From NCBI RefSeq assembly GCF_000027125.1, contig NC_017626.1: a stretch of 64,000 nucleotides of DNA; one strand, given 5' to 3'. This document shows positions 1-11,623 of this stretch, in pieces. The stretch comes from Escherichia coli 042. Lineage in GTDB: Bacteria; Pseudomonadota; Gammaproteobacteria; Enterobacterales; Enterobacteriaceae. How positions within the stretch are numbered: the stretch's first letter is position 1; each line of letters opens with the position of its first letter. The position numbers and the translations under genes were made by a program. The notes beneath the pieces were generated by a model, which worked only from the letters and a program-made list of their open reading frames with translations, had not been told where the DNA came from and made no database searches.

Positions 1-339
1 GACACATGTCTGAAAGACATTTTTACGATGATACAAAGCAATAATACTTATATGTTCGATGATTTTAAGCACCGATACCATCCGGTCTTTTACCAAATAA
101 TGAAAAAGAATCCCTCCCTGGAAGATAATTGTAAAAAACAACAGAATAAGAATTAATCTTAGGATAAATATTTATTTACCATGGCCTTTTGAACGCTGAA
201 AAGTAGCGCTCTGCAAAGTAAATCCCGCTATAGTTATGCTATGCATTTGTCTTTAATGATATCTCGTCATTGTATTAACAGGCTGAAATTATCATTAATG
301 CACATTTCAATATTAGCAGGGATACCTGAGGAGTTTAAA

Positions 340-1392
340 GTGAACATATATATCGGGTGGCTTTTCAAATTAATCCCTTTAATTATGGGCTTAATTTGTA
401 TCGCGTTAGGTGGCTTTGTGCTGGAAAGTTCTGGGCAAAGTGAGTATTTCGTCGCGGGTCATGTGCTGATTTCTCTGGCAGCCATATGCCTGGCATTATT
501 CACTACCGCATTTATTATCATTTCGCAGCTCACGCGCGGCGTTAATACGTTTTACAATACATTGTTCCCCATTATTGGCTATGCGGGGTCAATTATCACC
601 ATGATATGGGGTTGGGCACTGTTAGCAGGCAATGATGTGATGGCAGACGAGTTTGTTGCCGGCCATGTTATTTTTGGCGTTGGTATGATTGCCGCCTGTG
701 TATCGACAGTGGCAGCGTCATCCGGTCACTTTCTGCTCATTCCCAAAAACGCAGCAGGGAGCAAGAGCGATGGAACACCGGTACAGGCTTATTCTTCATT
801 AATCGGTAATTGCCTCATTGCCGTTCCCGTTTTACTCACCCTGCTCGGTTTCATTTGGTCTATTACGCTGTTACGTAGTGCCGACATAACTCCGCATTAT
901 GTCGCCGGTCACGTATTGCTTGGGTTAACCGCAATCTGTGCCTGTCTAATTGGCCTTGTTGCCACAATTGTCCATCAAACACGTAATACGTTCTCATCCA
1001 AAGAACACTGGCTGTGGTGTTATTGGGTTATTATTCTCGGCTCAATCACGGTGCTGCAGGGCATATACGTGTTAGTCAGCTCCGATGCAAGCGCCCGACT
1101 GGCTCCCGGCATTATCCTCATTTGCCTCGGAATGATCTGTTACAGCATATTCTCAAAAGTCTGGCTACTGGCACTGGTCTGGAGACGTACCTGTTCGTTA
1201 GCCAACAGAATACCGATGATTCCCGTCTTCACCTGCCTGTTTTGCCTTTTCCTGGCATCGTTTCTTGCAGAAATGGCGCAGACCGACATAGGGTATTTTA
1301 TTCCTTCGCGGGTTCTGGTCGGTTTGGGAGCGGTATGCTTTACGTTGTTCTCAATCGTTTCAATATTAGAAGCAGGTTCTGCTAAAAAATAA
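340..1392 (+). CDS. yhiM: Inner membrane protein YhiM (acid-resistance associated). The long ORF runs 241..1392; I take GTG at 340 as the likely start, giving 350 aa.
   Basis: The translated ORF is polytopic and contains three internal repeats of a xxVAGHV(L/I) transmembrane motif. The K-12 YhiM N-terminus as I recall it (NIYIGWLFKLIPL) begins at the Val in this frame. Its position upstream of yhiN and pitA matches K-12 synteny. Confidence 0.7.
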   Translation: MNIYIGWLFKLIPLIMGLICIALGGFVLESSGQSEYFVAGHVLISLAAICLALFTTAFIIISQLTRGVNTFYNTLFPIIGYAGSIITMIWGWALLAGNDVMADEFVAGHVIFGVGMIAACVSTVAASSGHFLLIPKNAAGSKSDGTPVQAYSSLIGNCLIAVPVLLTLLGFIWSITLLRSADITPHYVAGHVLLGLTAICACLIGLVATIVHQTRNTFSSKEHWLWCYWVIILGSITVLQGIYVLVSSDASARLAPGIILICLGMICYSIFSKVWLLALVWRRTCSLANRIPMIPVFTCLFCLFLASFLAEMAQTDIGYFIPSRVLVGLGAVCFTLFSIVSILEAGSAKK

Positions 1393-1409
1393 TTGCAACG
1401 TACCGGATA

Positions 1410-1446
1410 AAACCAGCGTTGACCATTTGCGTAACGCTGGTTTTTC
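1410..1446 (+). terminator. Candidate rho-independent terminator downstream of yhiM
   Basis: Inverted repeat aaccagcgtt...aacgctggtt followed by tttttctc, 18 nt after the yhiM stop codon. Confidence 0.45.
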
Positions 1447-1706
1447 TCAGGTATCATGAAATAACGCAGAATTAATGCATAGTGGTTAAGTATAAAAAAA
1501 CAGCAAAGTTGCTGATTTTTTCAACCTGTTCATATTTTATAAAGATCTGGCCACTGGGGGAGTTTTAATCACCTTTCCTTCCACCTTATATTAAGCATGG
1601 AGGGTTTCAGTTCACAGGCTCATTAGAAAATAATCACAAGATAACCACTATCAAAATTAGCTCATTTTTAATGCGACTCTAATAATTTTCATCTTTAGGA
1701 AATAGC

Positions 1707-2909
1707 TCAGGACGACTTCGCTGCAATCAAATCCTGCGCACAAGCCCATGCACTCGACCACGCCCACTGGAAGTTATAGCCCCCCAGCCAGCCGGTGACG
1801 TCCATCACTTCGCCGATGAAGTACAGCCCAGGCACTTTGCGCGCTTCCATCGTCCGTGAAGAGAGTTCGTTGGTGTCCACGCCGCCGAGCGTCACTTCGG
1901 CAGTGCGATAGCCTTCAGTGCCGTTGGGTTGTACGCGCCAGTCGGTCAATGTGCTAATCAGTGCCTGTTGGTCACGCACGTTGAGCTGTTTTAGCGAGAC
2001 ATCCGGGATTTGCCCGAGTTGTTGTAAACGTTCAACCAACCGCTTCGGTAGATGAACCGCCAGAGTGTTTTTCAGGCTCTGATTCGGATGTGCATTACGC
2101 TGCTCATTCAGGAAGGTTTCGAGGTCCACATCCGGTAGCAGATTGATACTGACAAATTCACCCGGTTGCCAGTAGCTGGAAATTTGCAACACCGCCGGTC
2201 CAGATAAGCCGCGGTGGGTGAAGAGTAAGTTCTCACGGAAAACGGTGCCGTTTTCAGCGGTAATCACGGAAGGCACCGCCACGCCCGCCAGCACCTGTAA
2301 CTCTTCGAGCAACGGTTTATGCAGAGTGAATGGCACCAGGCCCGCGCGGGTCGGCAGCACGTTGAGGCCAAATTGTTCGGCAATCTTATAACCAAACGGC
2401 GACGCGCCCAGCCCCGGCATTGACAGTCCACCGGTCGCGATGACCAGCTTTTCGCAACCGACAGTCATGCCGTTCAGTTCAAGCGTGAAGCCTGTTTCAT
2501 CCTTCGCCACACTCAGCACTTCGCTACGCAATCTGAAGGCCACATTGCCCTTCTCGCACTCATCCACCAGCATGTCGACAATCTGCTGCGCGGAGTCATC
2601 GCAGAAGAGTTGCCCTAACGTTTTCTCGTGCCAGGCGATGCCGTGTTTATTGACCAGATCAATGAAATCCCACTGGGTAAAACGCGCGAGTGCAGACTTA
2701 CAAAAATGCGGATTCTGGCTCAGATAAGCGCCCGGTTCGACATAAAGGTTGGTAAAGTTGCAGCGCCCACCGCCAGACATGAGGATTTTGCGCCCTGGTT
2801 TTTTACCATTATCGATCAGCAGAACCCGGCATCCTGCCTGACCTGCCAGCGCAGAACAGAACATACCTGCCGCACCAGCGCCTATAATAATGGCATCAAA
2901 CCTTTCCAC
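1707..2909 (-). CDS. yhiN: FAD-dependent oxidoreductase YhiN (HI0933 / aminoacetone-oxidase-like flavoprotein)
   Basis: The 400 aa ORF has an N-terminal GxGxxG dinucleotide-binding motif (IIGAGAAGM). Length and position match K-12 yhiN. Confidence 0.85.
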   Translation of the reverse strand: MERFDAIIIGAGAAGMFCSALAGQAGCRVLLIDNGKKPGRKILMSGGGRCNFTNLYVEPGAYLSQNPHFCKSALARFTQWDFIDLVNKHGIAWHEKTLGQLFCDDSAQQIVDMLVDECEKGNVAFRLRSEVLSVAKDETGFTLELNGMTVGCEKLVIATGGLSMPGLGASPFGYKIAEQFGLNVLPTRAGLVPFTLHKPLLEELQVLAGVAVPSVITAENGTVFRENLLFTHRGLSGPAVLQISSYWQPGEFVSINLLPDVDLETFLNEQRNAHPNQSLKNTLAVHLPKRLVERLQQLGQIPDVSLKQLNVRDQQALISTLTDWRVQPNGTEGYRTAEVTLGGVDTNELSSRTMEARKVPGLYFIGEVMDVTGWLGGYNFQWAWSSAWACAQDLIAAKSS

Positions 2910-3140
2910 GTTGCGCTCCTCTAAGAAAAAACGGGCGTGAATTGTAAAGATTCCTCAGTGGTCGCACCAGCATCAATATTACTAAAAGGAAGTATTTACC
3001 TGAATTATATAAGATAATTATTTTTTGAGTGAAATCCATACAGGAGGCAAATCAAAAAAAGTCTATATTTCACTTTGCCCGCGCCGCGAAAGTCACTGAT
3101 AATGCGCCGCGTTCATGTCCTCAAAATGGCGTAACGTCCT

Positions 3141-4640
3141 ATGCTACATTTGTTTGCTGGCCTGGATTTGCATACCGGGCTGTTATTATTGCTTGCACTG
3201 GCTTTTGTGCTGTTCTACGAAGCCATCAATGGTTTCCATGACACAGCCAACGCCGTGGCAACCGTTATCTATACCCGCGCGATGCGTTCTCAGCTCGCCG
3301 TGGTTATGGCGGCGGTGTTCAACTTTTTGGGTGTTTTGCTGGGTGGTCTGAGTGTTGCCTATGCCATTGTGCATATGCTGCCGACGGATCTGCTGCTTAA
3401 TATGGGATCGTCTCATGGCCTTGCCATGGTGTTCTCTATGTTGCTGGCGGCGATTATCTGGAACCTGGGTACCTGGTACTTTGGTTTACCTGCATCCAGC
3501 TCTCATACGCTGATTGGCGCGATCATCGGGATTGGTTTAACCAATGCGTTGATGACCGGGACGTCAGTGGTGGATGCACTCAATATCCCGAAAGTATTAA
3601 GTATTTTCGGTTCTCTGATCGTTTCCCCTATTGTCGGCCTGGTGTTTGCTGGCGGTCTGATTTTCTTGCTGCGTCGCTACTGGAGCGGCACCAAGAAACG
3701 CGCCCGTATCCACCTGACCCCAGCGGAGCGTGAAAAGAAAGACGGCAAGAAAAAGCCGCCGTTCTGGACGCGTATTGCGCTGATCCTTTCCGCTATCGGC
3801 GTGGCGTTTTCGCACGGCGCGAACGATGGTCAGAAAGGCATTGGTCTGGTTATGTTGGTATTGATTGGTGTCGCACCAGCAGGCTTCGTGGTGAACATGA
3901 ATGCCACTGGCTACGAAATCACCCGTACCCGTGATGCCATCAACAACGTGGAAGCTTACTTTGAGCAGCACCCTGCGCTGCTGAAACAGGCTACCGGTGC
4001 TGATCAGTTAGTACCGGCTCCGGAAGCTGGCGCAACGCAACCTGCGGAGTTCCATTGCCATCCGTCGAATACCATTAACGCGCTCAACCGCCTGAAAGGC
4101 ATGTTGACTACCGATGTGGAAAGCTACGACAAGCTGTCGCTTGATCAACGTAGCCAGATGCGCCGCATTATGCTGTGCGTTTCTGACACTATCGACAAAG
4201 TGGTGAAGATGCCTGGTGTGAGTGCTGACGATCAGCGCCTGTTGAAGAAACTGAAGTCCGACATGCTTAGCACCATCGAGTATGCACCGGTGTGGATCAT
4301 CATGGCGGTCGCGCTGGCGTTAGGTATCGGTACGATGATTGGCTGGCGTCGTGTGGCAACGACTATCGGTGAGAAAATCGGTAAGAAAGGCATGACCTAC
4401 GCTCAGGGGATGTCTGCCCAGATGACGGCGGCAGTGTCCATCGGCCTGGCGAGTTATACCGGGATGCCGGTTTCCACCACTCACGTACTCTCCTCTTCTG
4501 TCGCGGGGACGATGGTGGTAGATGGCGGCGGCTTACAGCGTAAAACCGTGACCAGTATTCTGATGGCCTGGGTGTTTACCCTTCCGGCTGCGGTACTGCT
4601 TTCCGGCGGGCTGTACTGGCTCTCCTTGCAGTTCCTGTAA
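3141..4640 (+). CDS. pitA: Low-affinity inorganic phosphate transporter PitA
   Basis: The 499 aa polytopic membrane protein carries PiT-family GANDxxxxxG repeats (HGANDGQKG). Synteny is yhiN-pitA-uspB. Confidence 0.9.
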
Positions 4641-4658
4641 TCGCACGCACCAAAACGA

Positions 4659-4688
4659 GCGGGTCAGTTTACTGGCCCGCTTTTTTTA
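4659..4688 (+). terminator. Rho-independent terminator of pitA
   Basis: GC-rich hairpin gcgggtcag/ctggcccgc followed by a T7 run immediately after the pitA stop codon. Confidence 0.55.
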
Positions 4689-4710
4689 TGCGTTATTTTT
4701 GCTGAAGTGC

Positions 4711-5046
4711 TTAATGCCAAATCATCAATGCAATCAGACTGACCACCACCAGACCACACAATGCGCTGGTCAGAATAAACTGCCGACGCACCCGCTCACA
4801 GCGGCGAATAAACTCATCATCGTGATGATCGCGATAACGTTGGGCATAGATATACCAAACGAGACGCACCTGTTTGTTGGGTTGGCCATGTGAGGTAAAA
4901 AAGCCCCCTCCATCAACATATTGATAGAGCAATGGATCGCAGTTACGCAGTACCACTAACAACGCGCGTAGTGATGAGAAATAGCGCGCCATGTTAACAA
5001 TGCAAACGACACATAAAGCCCAAAATAATGCGACGGTGCTTATCAT
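4711..5046 (-). CDS. uspB: Universal stress protein B (small membrane protein)
   Basis: The 111 aa ORF has two hydrophobic segments and is divergent from uspA. Length and position match K-12 uspB. Confidence 0.85.
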
Positions 5047-5436
5047 ACCTCCTCCCCGGCGACCTGCCCGCGGAGTTCCACCCCGGGGCTACCGCTCCCG
5101 ATACGCTGCCAATCAGTTAACACCAGGTCCTGGAGAAACCGCTTTTGTGGTGACCAACATCCGAGCGGCTCTATAGATAGTGTAGGAGATCAGGTTGTTT
5201 TTTTTCCAGAAGGTTAACCACTATCAATATATTCATGTCGAAAATTTGTTTATCTAACGGGTAAGCAAGGCGGATTGACGGATCATCCGGGTCGCTATAA
5301 GGTAAGGATGGTCTTAACACTGAATCTTTACGGCTGGGTTAGCCCCGCGCACGTAGTTCGCAGGACGCGGGTGACGTAACGGCACAAGAAACGCTAGCTG
5401 GCCAGTCATCGACAACTTTATGGAAGGAGTAACACT

Positions 5437-5871
5437 ATGGCTTATAAACACATTCTCATCGCGGTCGATCTCTCCCCGGAAAGCAAAGTTCTGGTAGAGA
5501 AAGCAGTCTCTATGGCTCGCCCCTACAATGCGAAAGTTTCTCTGATCCACGTAGATGTAAACTACTCTGACCTATACACCGGGCTTATTGATGTGAATCT
5601 GGGTGATATGCAGAAACGCATCTCTGAAGAGACACATCATGCGCTGACCGAGCTTTCCACTAATGCAGGCTACCCAATCACTGAAACCCTGAGCGGCAGC
5701 GGCGACCTGGGCCAGGTTCTGGTCGATGCAATCAAGAAATACGATATGGATTTGGTGGTTTGTGGTCACCACCAGGACTTCTGGAGCAAACTGATGTCTT
5801 CCGCACGTCAGCTGATCAACACCGTTCACGTTGATATGCTGATTGTTCCGCTGCGCGACGAAGAAGAATAA
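5437..5871 (+). CDS. uspA: Universal stress protein A
   Basis: The 144 aa ORF begins [16 protein letters not shown], matching E. coli UspA. The GGAGT SD is correctly spaced. Confidence 0.92.
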
Positions 5872-5896
5872 TCTTCCCTCTACGACGTGTTCCTGA

Positions 5897-5926
5897 ACGC
5901 CCGCATATGCGGGCGTATTGCTTTTT
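5897..5926 (+). terminator. Rho-independent terminator of uspA
   Basis: Perfect palindrome aacgcccgcatatgcgggcgt followed by attgcttttt. Confidence 0.5.
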
Positions 5927-6186
5927 GGCGCGCCTTGTTAACTTGCAGCGTAAACACCTTATCTGGCCTACGGTCTGCGTACGCAATCAAAATCCCCTGC
6001 CAATACAACATTTAACACCATCATATTTTCCATCATTAGTGTGATCAGCTGGTTATTTTCTGTTGTAATAGTGTATTAATCTATTCACCGCATCAATATT
6101 AAGAATCTCTGACAGATGTAAACTTTTTCGCGCGTTATCCCTTACGCGTTCATACTTTTCAGGATGGTATTGGAAGGTTAATAAAT

Positions 6187-7656
6187 ATGAATACAACAAC
6201 ACCCATGGGGATGCTGCAGCAACCTCGCCCATTTTTCATGATCTTTTTTGTCGAGTTATGGGAGCGATTCGGCTACTACGGCGTGCAGGGCGTACTGGCG
6301 GTTTTCTTCGTTAAGCAGCTTGGATTCTCGCAAGAACAGGCTTTTGTCACTTTTGGTGCTTTTGCTGCGCTGGTCTATGGCCTCATTTCCATTGGCGGCT
6401 ATGTCGGCGACCACCTGCTGGGGACCAAACGCACCATTGTTCTCGGAGCACTTGTGCTGGCGATTGGCTACTTCATGACCGGCATGTCGCTACTTAAGCC
6501 TGACCTGATTTTCATCGCCCTGGGGACTATCGCTGTCGGTAACGGCCTGTTTAAAGCTAACCCAGCCAGCTTGCTTTCGAAGTGCTATCCACCGAAAGAT
6601 CCGCGGCTTGATGGCGCATTCACCCTGTTCTATATGTCGATCAACATCGGCTCGTTGATAGCGTTATCGCTGGCCCCTGTGATCGCTGATAGATTCGGCT
6701 ATTCAGTCACCTACAACCTGTGCGGTGCGGGATTAATTATCGCGCTATTGGTTTACATCGCCTGTCGCGGAATGGTGAAAGACATTGGTTCTGACCCCGA
6801 CTTCCGGCCGATGAGCTTCAGCAAACTGTTGTACGTGTTACTTGGCAGCGTGGTGATGATCTTCGTCTGTGCATGGCTGATGCACAACGTAGAAGTCGCC
6901 AATCTGGTGCTGATTGTTCTCTCCATCGTCGTCACCATCATTTTCTTTCGTCAGGCATTCAAGCTGGATAAAACCGGGCGCAATAAAATGTTTGTCGCCT
7001 TTGTCCTGATGCTCGAAGCGGTGGTGTTTTACATTCTCTACGCCCAGATGCCAACGTCACTGAACTTCTTTGCCATCAACAACGTGCATCATGAAATTCT
7101 CGGCTTTTCCATCAACCCGGTCAGCTTCCAGGCGCTTAACCCTTTCTGGGTGGTACTCGCCAGTCCAATACTGGCAGGCATTTACACGCATCTGGGTAAC
7201 AAAGGCAAAGACCTCTCGATGCCGATGAAATTTACTCTCGGCATGTTTATGTGCTCGCTGGGCTTTCTTACAGCCGCCGCTGCGGGAATGTGGTTTGCTG
7301 ATGCACAAGGACTGACATCGCCGTGGTTTATTGTGCTGGTTTACTTATTCCAGAGCCTGGGTGAACTGTTTATTAGCGCCCTTGGCCTGGCGATGATTGC
7401 TGCCCTGGTGCCGCAGCATTTGATGGGCTTTATTCTCGGGATGTGGTTCCTGACGCAGGCTGCCGCGTTCTTGCTGGGCGGCTATGTGGCAACATTTACC
7501 GCAGTACCAGACAACATTACCGATCCGCTTGAGACGTTGCCCGTCTATACCAACGTGTTTGGTAAGATTGGCCTGGTTACGCTGGGCGTTGCGGTGGTGA
7601 TGCTGCTGATGGTGCCGTGGCTGAAACGAATGATTGCGACGCCCGAAAGCCATTAA
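6187..7656 (+). CDS. dtpB: Dipeptide/tripeptide:H+ permease DtpB (POT family)
   Basis: The 489 aa ORF has a POT/PTR2 signature (ExxERFxYYG). Synteny with uspA and rsmJ. Confidence 0.9.
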   Translation: MNTTTPMGMLQQPRPFFMIFFVELWERFGYYGVQGVLAVFFVKQLGFSQEQAFVTFGAFAALVYGLISIGGYVGDHLLGTKRTIVLGALVLAIGYFMTGMSLLKPDLIFIALGTIAVGNGLFKANPASLLSKCYPPKDPRLDGAFTLFYMSINIGSLIALSLAPVIADRFGYSVTYNLCGAGLIIALLVYIACRGMVKDIGSDPDFRPMSFSKLLYVLLGSVVMIFVCAWLMHNVEVANLVLIVLSIVVTIIFFRQAFKLDKTGRNKMFVAFVLMLEAVVFYILYAQMPTSLNFFAINNVHHEILGFSINPVSFQALNPFWVVLASPILAGIYTHLGNKGKDLSMPMKFTLGMFMCSLGFLTAAAAGMWFADAQGLTSPWFIVLVYLFQSLGELFISALGLAMIAALVPQHLMGFILGMWFLTQAAAFLLGGYVATFTAVPDNITDPLETLPVYTNVFGKIGLVTLGVAVVMLLMVPWLKRMIATPESH

Positions 7657-7668
7657 TTATTCTTGCAG

Positions 7669-7706
7669 AAAGCAGGGTAGCGATAACGCTACCCTGCTTT
7701 ACTTTT
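7669..7706. terminator. Candidate bidirectional terminator between convergent dtpB and rsmJ
   Basis: 13-bp perfect inverted repeat aagcagggtagcg/cgctaccctgctt with flanking T/A runs. It sits between the two convergent stop codons. Confidence 0.45.
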
Positions 7707-8457
7707 ACACCGGCGTTCCGGCATAAATATCAAAGCGATGCCCTTTGGTCACTACCGCGTTTGGCGTGGCGACATTCGCCAGCGGCGGCGCGTAGTCCGG
7801 GCGCTTTACCACCACGCGTTTGGTCGCCAGCAAGCGTGCAGGCTCCAGCAATCCATCAGCGTCGAGATCCGGCCCCACCAGCGACTGGAACACGCGCATC
7901 TCTTTTTTCACCAGCGCGCTTTTCTGCTTATGCGGGAACATCGGGTCGAGATAGACCACCTGCGGGCGTGGGGTAATATCGGTCAGCGCCGTCAGGCTGG
8001 AGGCGTGAATTAACTGCAACCGCTCCTGCAACCAGCCGCCGATTTCCGCATCCGCATAACCACGCGCCAGGCCGTCGTCGAGCAATGCAGCAACCACCGG
8101 ATTACGCTCCAGCATCCGCACGCGGCAGCCGACTGAAGCCAGCACAAAGGCATCGCGCCCCAGCCCTGCGGTGGCGTCCACCACGTCCGGGAGATAATCG
8201 CCTTTAATGCCCACCGCTTTTGCCACCGCCTCACCGCGACCACCGCCGAATTTGCGACGGTGCGCCATCGCTCCGCCAACAAAATCAACAAAGATGCCAC
8301 CAAGCTTCGGCTCATCACGCTTGCGCAGTTCCAGATGCTCCGGTGTTAACACCAGCGCCATCAGGTTGTCTTCATCATGTTCCAGCCCCCAGCGAGCCGC
8401 CAGAACAGATAAGGCACCGTCTCCGGTGCCTGTTTCATCAATTAAGCAGATTTTCAC
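7705..8457 (-). CDS. rsmJ: 16S rRNA m2G1516 methyltransferase RsmJ. The start is taken at the internal GTG, which gives the 250 aa product; the raw ORF extends to 8562.
   Basis: The sequence from [26 protein letters not shown] matches RsmJ (YhiQ). It lies 7 nt downstream of the prlC stop, consistent with the prlC-rsmJ operon. Confidence 0.8.
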   Translation of the reverse strand: MKICLIDETGTGDGALSVLAARWGLEHDEDNLMALVLTPEHLELRKRDEPKLGGIFVDFVGGAMAHRRKFGGGRGEAVAKAVGIKGDYLPDVVDATAGLGRDAFVLASVGCRVRMLERNPVVAALLDDGLARGYADAEIGGWLQERLQLIHASSLTALTDITPRPQVVYLDPMFPHKQKSALVKKEMRVFQSLVGPDLDADGLLEPARLLATKRVVVKRPDYAPPLANVATPNAVVTKGHRFDIYAGTPV

Positions 8458-8464
8458 TGAATGA

Positions 8465-10507
8465 TCAGCCCTTAATGCCGTAATGCTCCAGCATCGCATC
8501 CAGTTGCGGTTCACGACCACGGAAGCGTTTGAACAGATCCATCGGCTCTTCTGAACCGCCACGGCTCAGAATGTTGTCGAGGAACGACTGTCCGGTTTCA
8601 CGATTGAAAATGCCCTCTTCCTCAAAACGCGAGAAGGCATCTGCCGCCAGCACGTCGGCCCACAGGTAACTGTAGTAACCTGCGGCATAACCACCGGCGA
8701 AAATATGGCTGAAAGCGTGCGGGAAACGGCCCCATGACGGAGAAGGTACCACGGCAACCAGTTTCTTGATTTCTGCCAGAGTTTCGAGGATTTTCGCTCC
8801 CTGATCCGGGCGGAACTCGGCATGGAGGCGGAAATCGAACAGGCCGAACTCCAGCTGGCGCAGAATAAACAGTGCCGCCTGGTAGTTTTTCGCTGCCAGC
8901 ATTTTATCCAGCAGCTCCTTCGGCAGCGGTTCGCCGGTTTCATAGTGACCGGAGATAAACGCCAGCGCCTCAGGCTCCCAGCACCAGTTTTCCATAAACT
9001 GACTCGGCAGTTCGACCGCATCCCACGGCACCCCGCTGATCCCGGAAACACCAGCGGTTTCAATGCGGGTCAGCATATGGTGCAGACCATGACCGAACTC
9101 GTGGAACAGGGTGATCACTTCGTCGTGAGTAAACAGTGCCGGTTTACCATTTACCGGGCGGTTGAAGTTACAGGTCAGATACGCGACCGGTTTTTGCAGC
9201 GAACCGTCGGCTTTACGCATCTGGCCTACGCAGTCATCCATCCACGCCCCGCCGCGCTTGTTTTCACGGGCATACAGGTCGAGGTAGAAGCTGCCGCGCA
9301 GTTCGTTGTTCTCGTCATACAGTTCGAAGAAACGTACATCCGGATGCCAGACATCAACATCTTTACGCTCTTTAGCGGTGATGCCGTAAATACGTTTCAC
9401 CACTTCAAACAAGCCGTTAACCGCTTTGTTTTCCGGGAAGTACGGACGCAGTTGTTCGTCACTGATGCTGTAGAGGTGCTGTTTTTGTTTTTCACTGTAG
9501 TACGCGATATCCCACGGCTGCAACTCATCCACGCCAAATTCGGCTTTAGCGAAGGCACGCAGTTGCGCCAGCTCTTTTTCACCTTGCGGACGCGCGCGTT
9601 TTGCCAGATCGGTTAAGAAATCAAGCACCTGCTGCGGATTTTCTGCCATTTTAGTGGCAAGGGATTTAAAGGCGTAGTTTTCAAAACCCAGCAGTTGCGC
9701 CAGTTCGTGACGCAGCGCGAGGATCTCTTCCATCACCTTGCTGTTGTCCCACTTACCGGCGTTCGGACCTTGATCGGAGGCGCGGGTGCTGTAAGCACGA
9801 TACATCTCTTCGCGCAGAGCCTGGTTGTCGCAGTAGGTCATTACCGGCAGGTAGCTTGGGATATCCAGCGTCAGCAGGTAGCCTTCAAGTTCTTTCGCTT
9901 CAGCCTGGGCTTTTGCCGCAGCCAGCGCGCTTTCTGGCATCCCCGCCAGCTCCGCTTCGTCGGTAACGAGTTTGGTCCAGCCCATTGTCGCATCGAGGAC
10001 GTTGTTGCTGTACTGGTTGCCCAGCTCGGAAAGACGAGTGGCAATCTCACCGTAACGCTGCTGTTTCTCTTTTGGCAGACCGATGCCAGAGAGTTCGAAG
10101 TCGCGCAGTGCGTTATCAACCGCTTTCTTCTGCGCCGTGTTCAGCGTGGCGTAATGATCGCCATCGCGCAGGTCGCGATATGCTTTATACAGCCCTTCAT
10201 GTTGTCCTACCCAGGTGCTGTATTCTGACAGCAGCGGCAGGGTTTGTTCGTACGCTTCACGCAGTTCCGGACTATTTTTCACCGAGTTCAGATGGCTGAC
10301 CGGGGAGAAGATACGCCCCAGCACATCGTCCACTTCCGCCAGCGGCTGGCAGAGATTTTCCCAGGTGTACGGTGCCCCCTGCGCTACTACGCGCTCCACA
10401 TTTTCGCGGCAGTCGTTCAGCGCCTTAGTCACGGCTGGAACGACATGTTCCGGGAGAATTTTAGAAAACGGAGGCAATTCAAAGGGAGTCAGTAACGGAT
10501 TCGTCAT
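8465..10507 (-). CDS. prlC: Oligopeptidase A (M3 family zinc metallopeptidase). The start is taken at [13 protein letters not shown], giving 680 aa.
   Basis: HEFGH zinc-binding motif is present. Length and N-terminus match OpdA/PrlC. Confidence 0.9.
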   Translation of the reverse strand: MTNPLLTPFELPPFSKILPEHVVPAVTKALNDCRENVERVVAQGAPYTWENLCQPLAEVDDVLGRIFSPVSHLNSVKNSPELREAYEQTLPLLSEYSTWVGQHEGLYKAYRDLRDGDHYATLNTAQKKAVDNALRDFELSGIGLPKEKQQRYGEIATRLSELGNQYSNNVLDATMGWTKLVTDEAELAGMPESALAAAKAQAEAKELEGYLLTLDIPSYLPVMTYCDNQALREEMYRAYSTRASDQGPNAGKWDNSKVMEEILALRHELAQLLGFENYAFKSLATKMAENPQQVLDFLTDLAKRARPQGEKELAQLRAFAKAEFGVDELQPWDIAYYSEKQKQHLYSISDEQLRPYFPENKAVNGLFEVVKRIYGITAKERKDVDVWHPDVRFFELYDENNELRGSFYLDLYARENKRGGAWMDDCVGQMRKADGSLQKPVAYLTCNFNRPVNGKPALFTHDEVITLFHEFGHGLHHMLTRIETAGVSGISGVPWDAVELPSQFMENWCWEPEALAFISGHYETGEPLPKELLDKMLAAKNYQAALFILRQLEFGLFDFRLHAEFRPDQGAKILETLAEIKKLVAVVPSPSWGRFPHAFSHIFAGGYAAGYYSYLWADVLAADAFSRFEEEGIFNRETGQSFLDNILSRGGSEEPMDLFKRFRGREPQLDAMLEHYGIKG

Positions 10508-10570
10508 TAGCGCAGTCCTGGTTAAAGAGGTTAAGGAAGCGCTCAACAGGCGCTTTACATAATGTTTGTA

Positions 10571-10599
10571 GCATGGGGTTAAGTGTAGTGAATTTCAAT
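10571..10599 (-). promoter_or_regulatory. Sigma-32 (heat-shock) promoter of prlC
   Basis: Read on the minus strand: TTGAAA, 13-nt spacer, CCCCATGCT. This matches the sigma-32 consensus TTGAAA-N13-15-CCCCATnT about 70 nt upstream of the prlC start. prlC is an established heat-shock gene. Confidence 0.55.
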
Positions 10600-10709
10600 G
10601 AGAAACGTTACGCTTTCGCGGCGGCGGCCTCTTTTCGGTATACTGTCCTGATAGGCTTTTGTGCGCCCCGAATACGGGCCGATTTTTACTTACCGGAACA
10701 CCTTTACCC

Positions 10710-11552
10710 ATGCTCAGTTATCGCCACAGCTTTCACGCTGGCAACCACGCCGACGTCCTTAAACATACCGTTCAGAGCCTGATCATCGAGTCGCTGAAAG
10801 AGAAAGATAAACCGTTTCTCTATCTCGATACCCACGCAGGGGCCGGGCGTTATCAGTTAGGCAGCGAACATGCCGAGCGTACCGGCGAATATCTCGAAGG
10901 CATCGCCCGTATCTGGCAGCAAGACGATTTGCCTGCAGAGCTGGAGGCGTACATCAATGTGGTAAAACACTTTAACCGTAGCGGTCAGTTGCGTTACTAC
11001 CCCGGTTCACCGTTGATTGCCCGTCAGTTACTGCGTGAACAGGACAGCCTGCAACTAACCGAACTGCACCCGAGCGATTACCCGTTGCTACGTTCTGAAT
11101 TTCAGAAAGACAGCCGTGCGCGCGTGGAAAAAGCCGACGGTTTCCAGCAGCTTAAGGCCAAGCTGCCGCCGGTTTCCCGCCGTGGTTTAATCCTTATCGA
11201 CCCGCCGTATGAAATGAAAACCGACTATCAGGCGGTGGTCAGCGGGATAGCAGAAGGTTACAAACGTTTCGCCACTGGCACTTACGCACTGTGGTATCCG
11301 GTGGTGCTGCGCCAGCAAATTAAGCGCATGATCCACGACCTGGAAGCGACCGGCATTCGCAAAATTCTGCAAATTGAACTGGCGGTACTGCCAGACAGCG
11401 ATCGCCGTGGCATGACCGCTTCCGGCATGATTGTGATTAATCCGCCGTGGAAGCTGGAACAGCAGATGAATAACGTGCTGCCGTGGCTGCACAGCAAACT
11501 GGTTCCGGCTGGTACCGGGCACGCCACCGTAAGCTGGATCGTGCCGGAGTAA
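10710..11552 (+). CDS. rlmJ: 23S rRNA m6A2030 methyltransferase RlmJ. The start is taken at MLSYRHSFHAGNHADVLKH, giving 280 aa.
   Basis: N-terminus and length match RlmJ (YhiR). Divergent from prlC. Confidence 0.8.
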   Translation: MLSYRHSFHAGNHADVLKHTVQSLIIESLKEKDKPFLYLDTHAGAGRYQLGSEHAERTGEYLEGIARIWQQDDLPAELEAYINVVKHFNRSGQLRYYPGSPLIARQLLREQDSLQLTELHPSDYPLLRSEFQKDSRARVEKADGFQQLKAKLPPVSRRGLILIDPPYEMKTDYQAVVSGIAEGYKRFATGTYALWYPVVLRQQIKRMIHDLEATGIRKILQIELAVLPDSDRRGMTASGMIVINPPWKLEQQMNNVLPWLHSKLVPAGTGHATVSWIVPE

Positions 11553-11623
11553 TTGCAGCCATTGCTGGCACCTATTACGTCTCGCGCTACAATCGCGGTA
11601 ATCAACGATAAGGACACTCTGTC

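Noticed and set aside
8822-9616. 264-aa plus-strand ORF
   Set aside because: It is antisense to prlC. Its composition is dominated by Q, R and F, typical of shadow ORFs.
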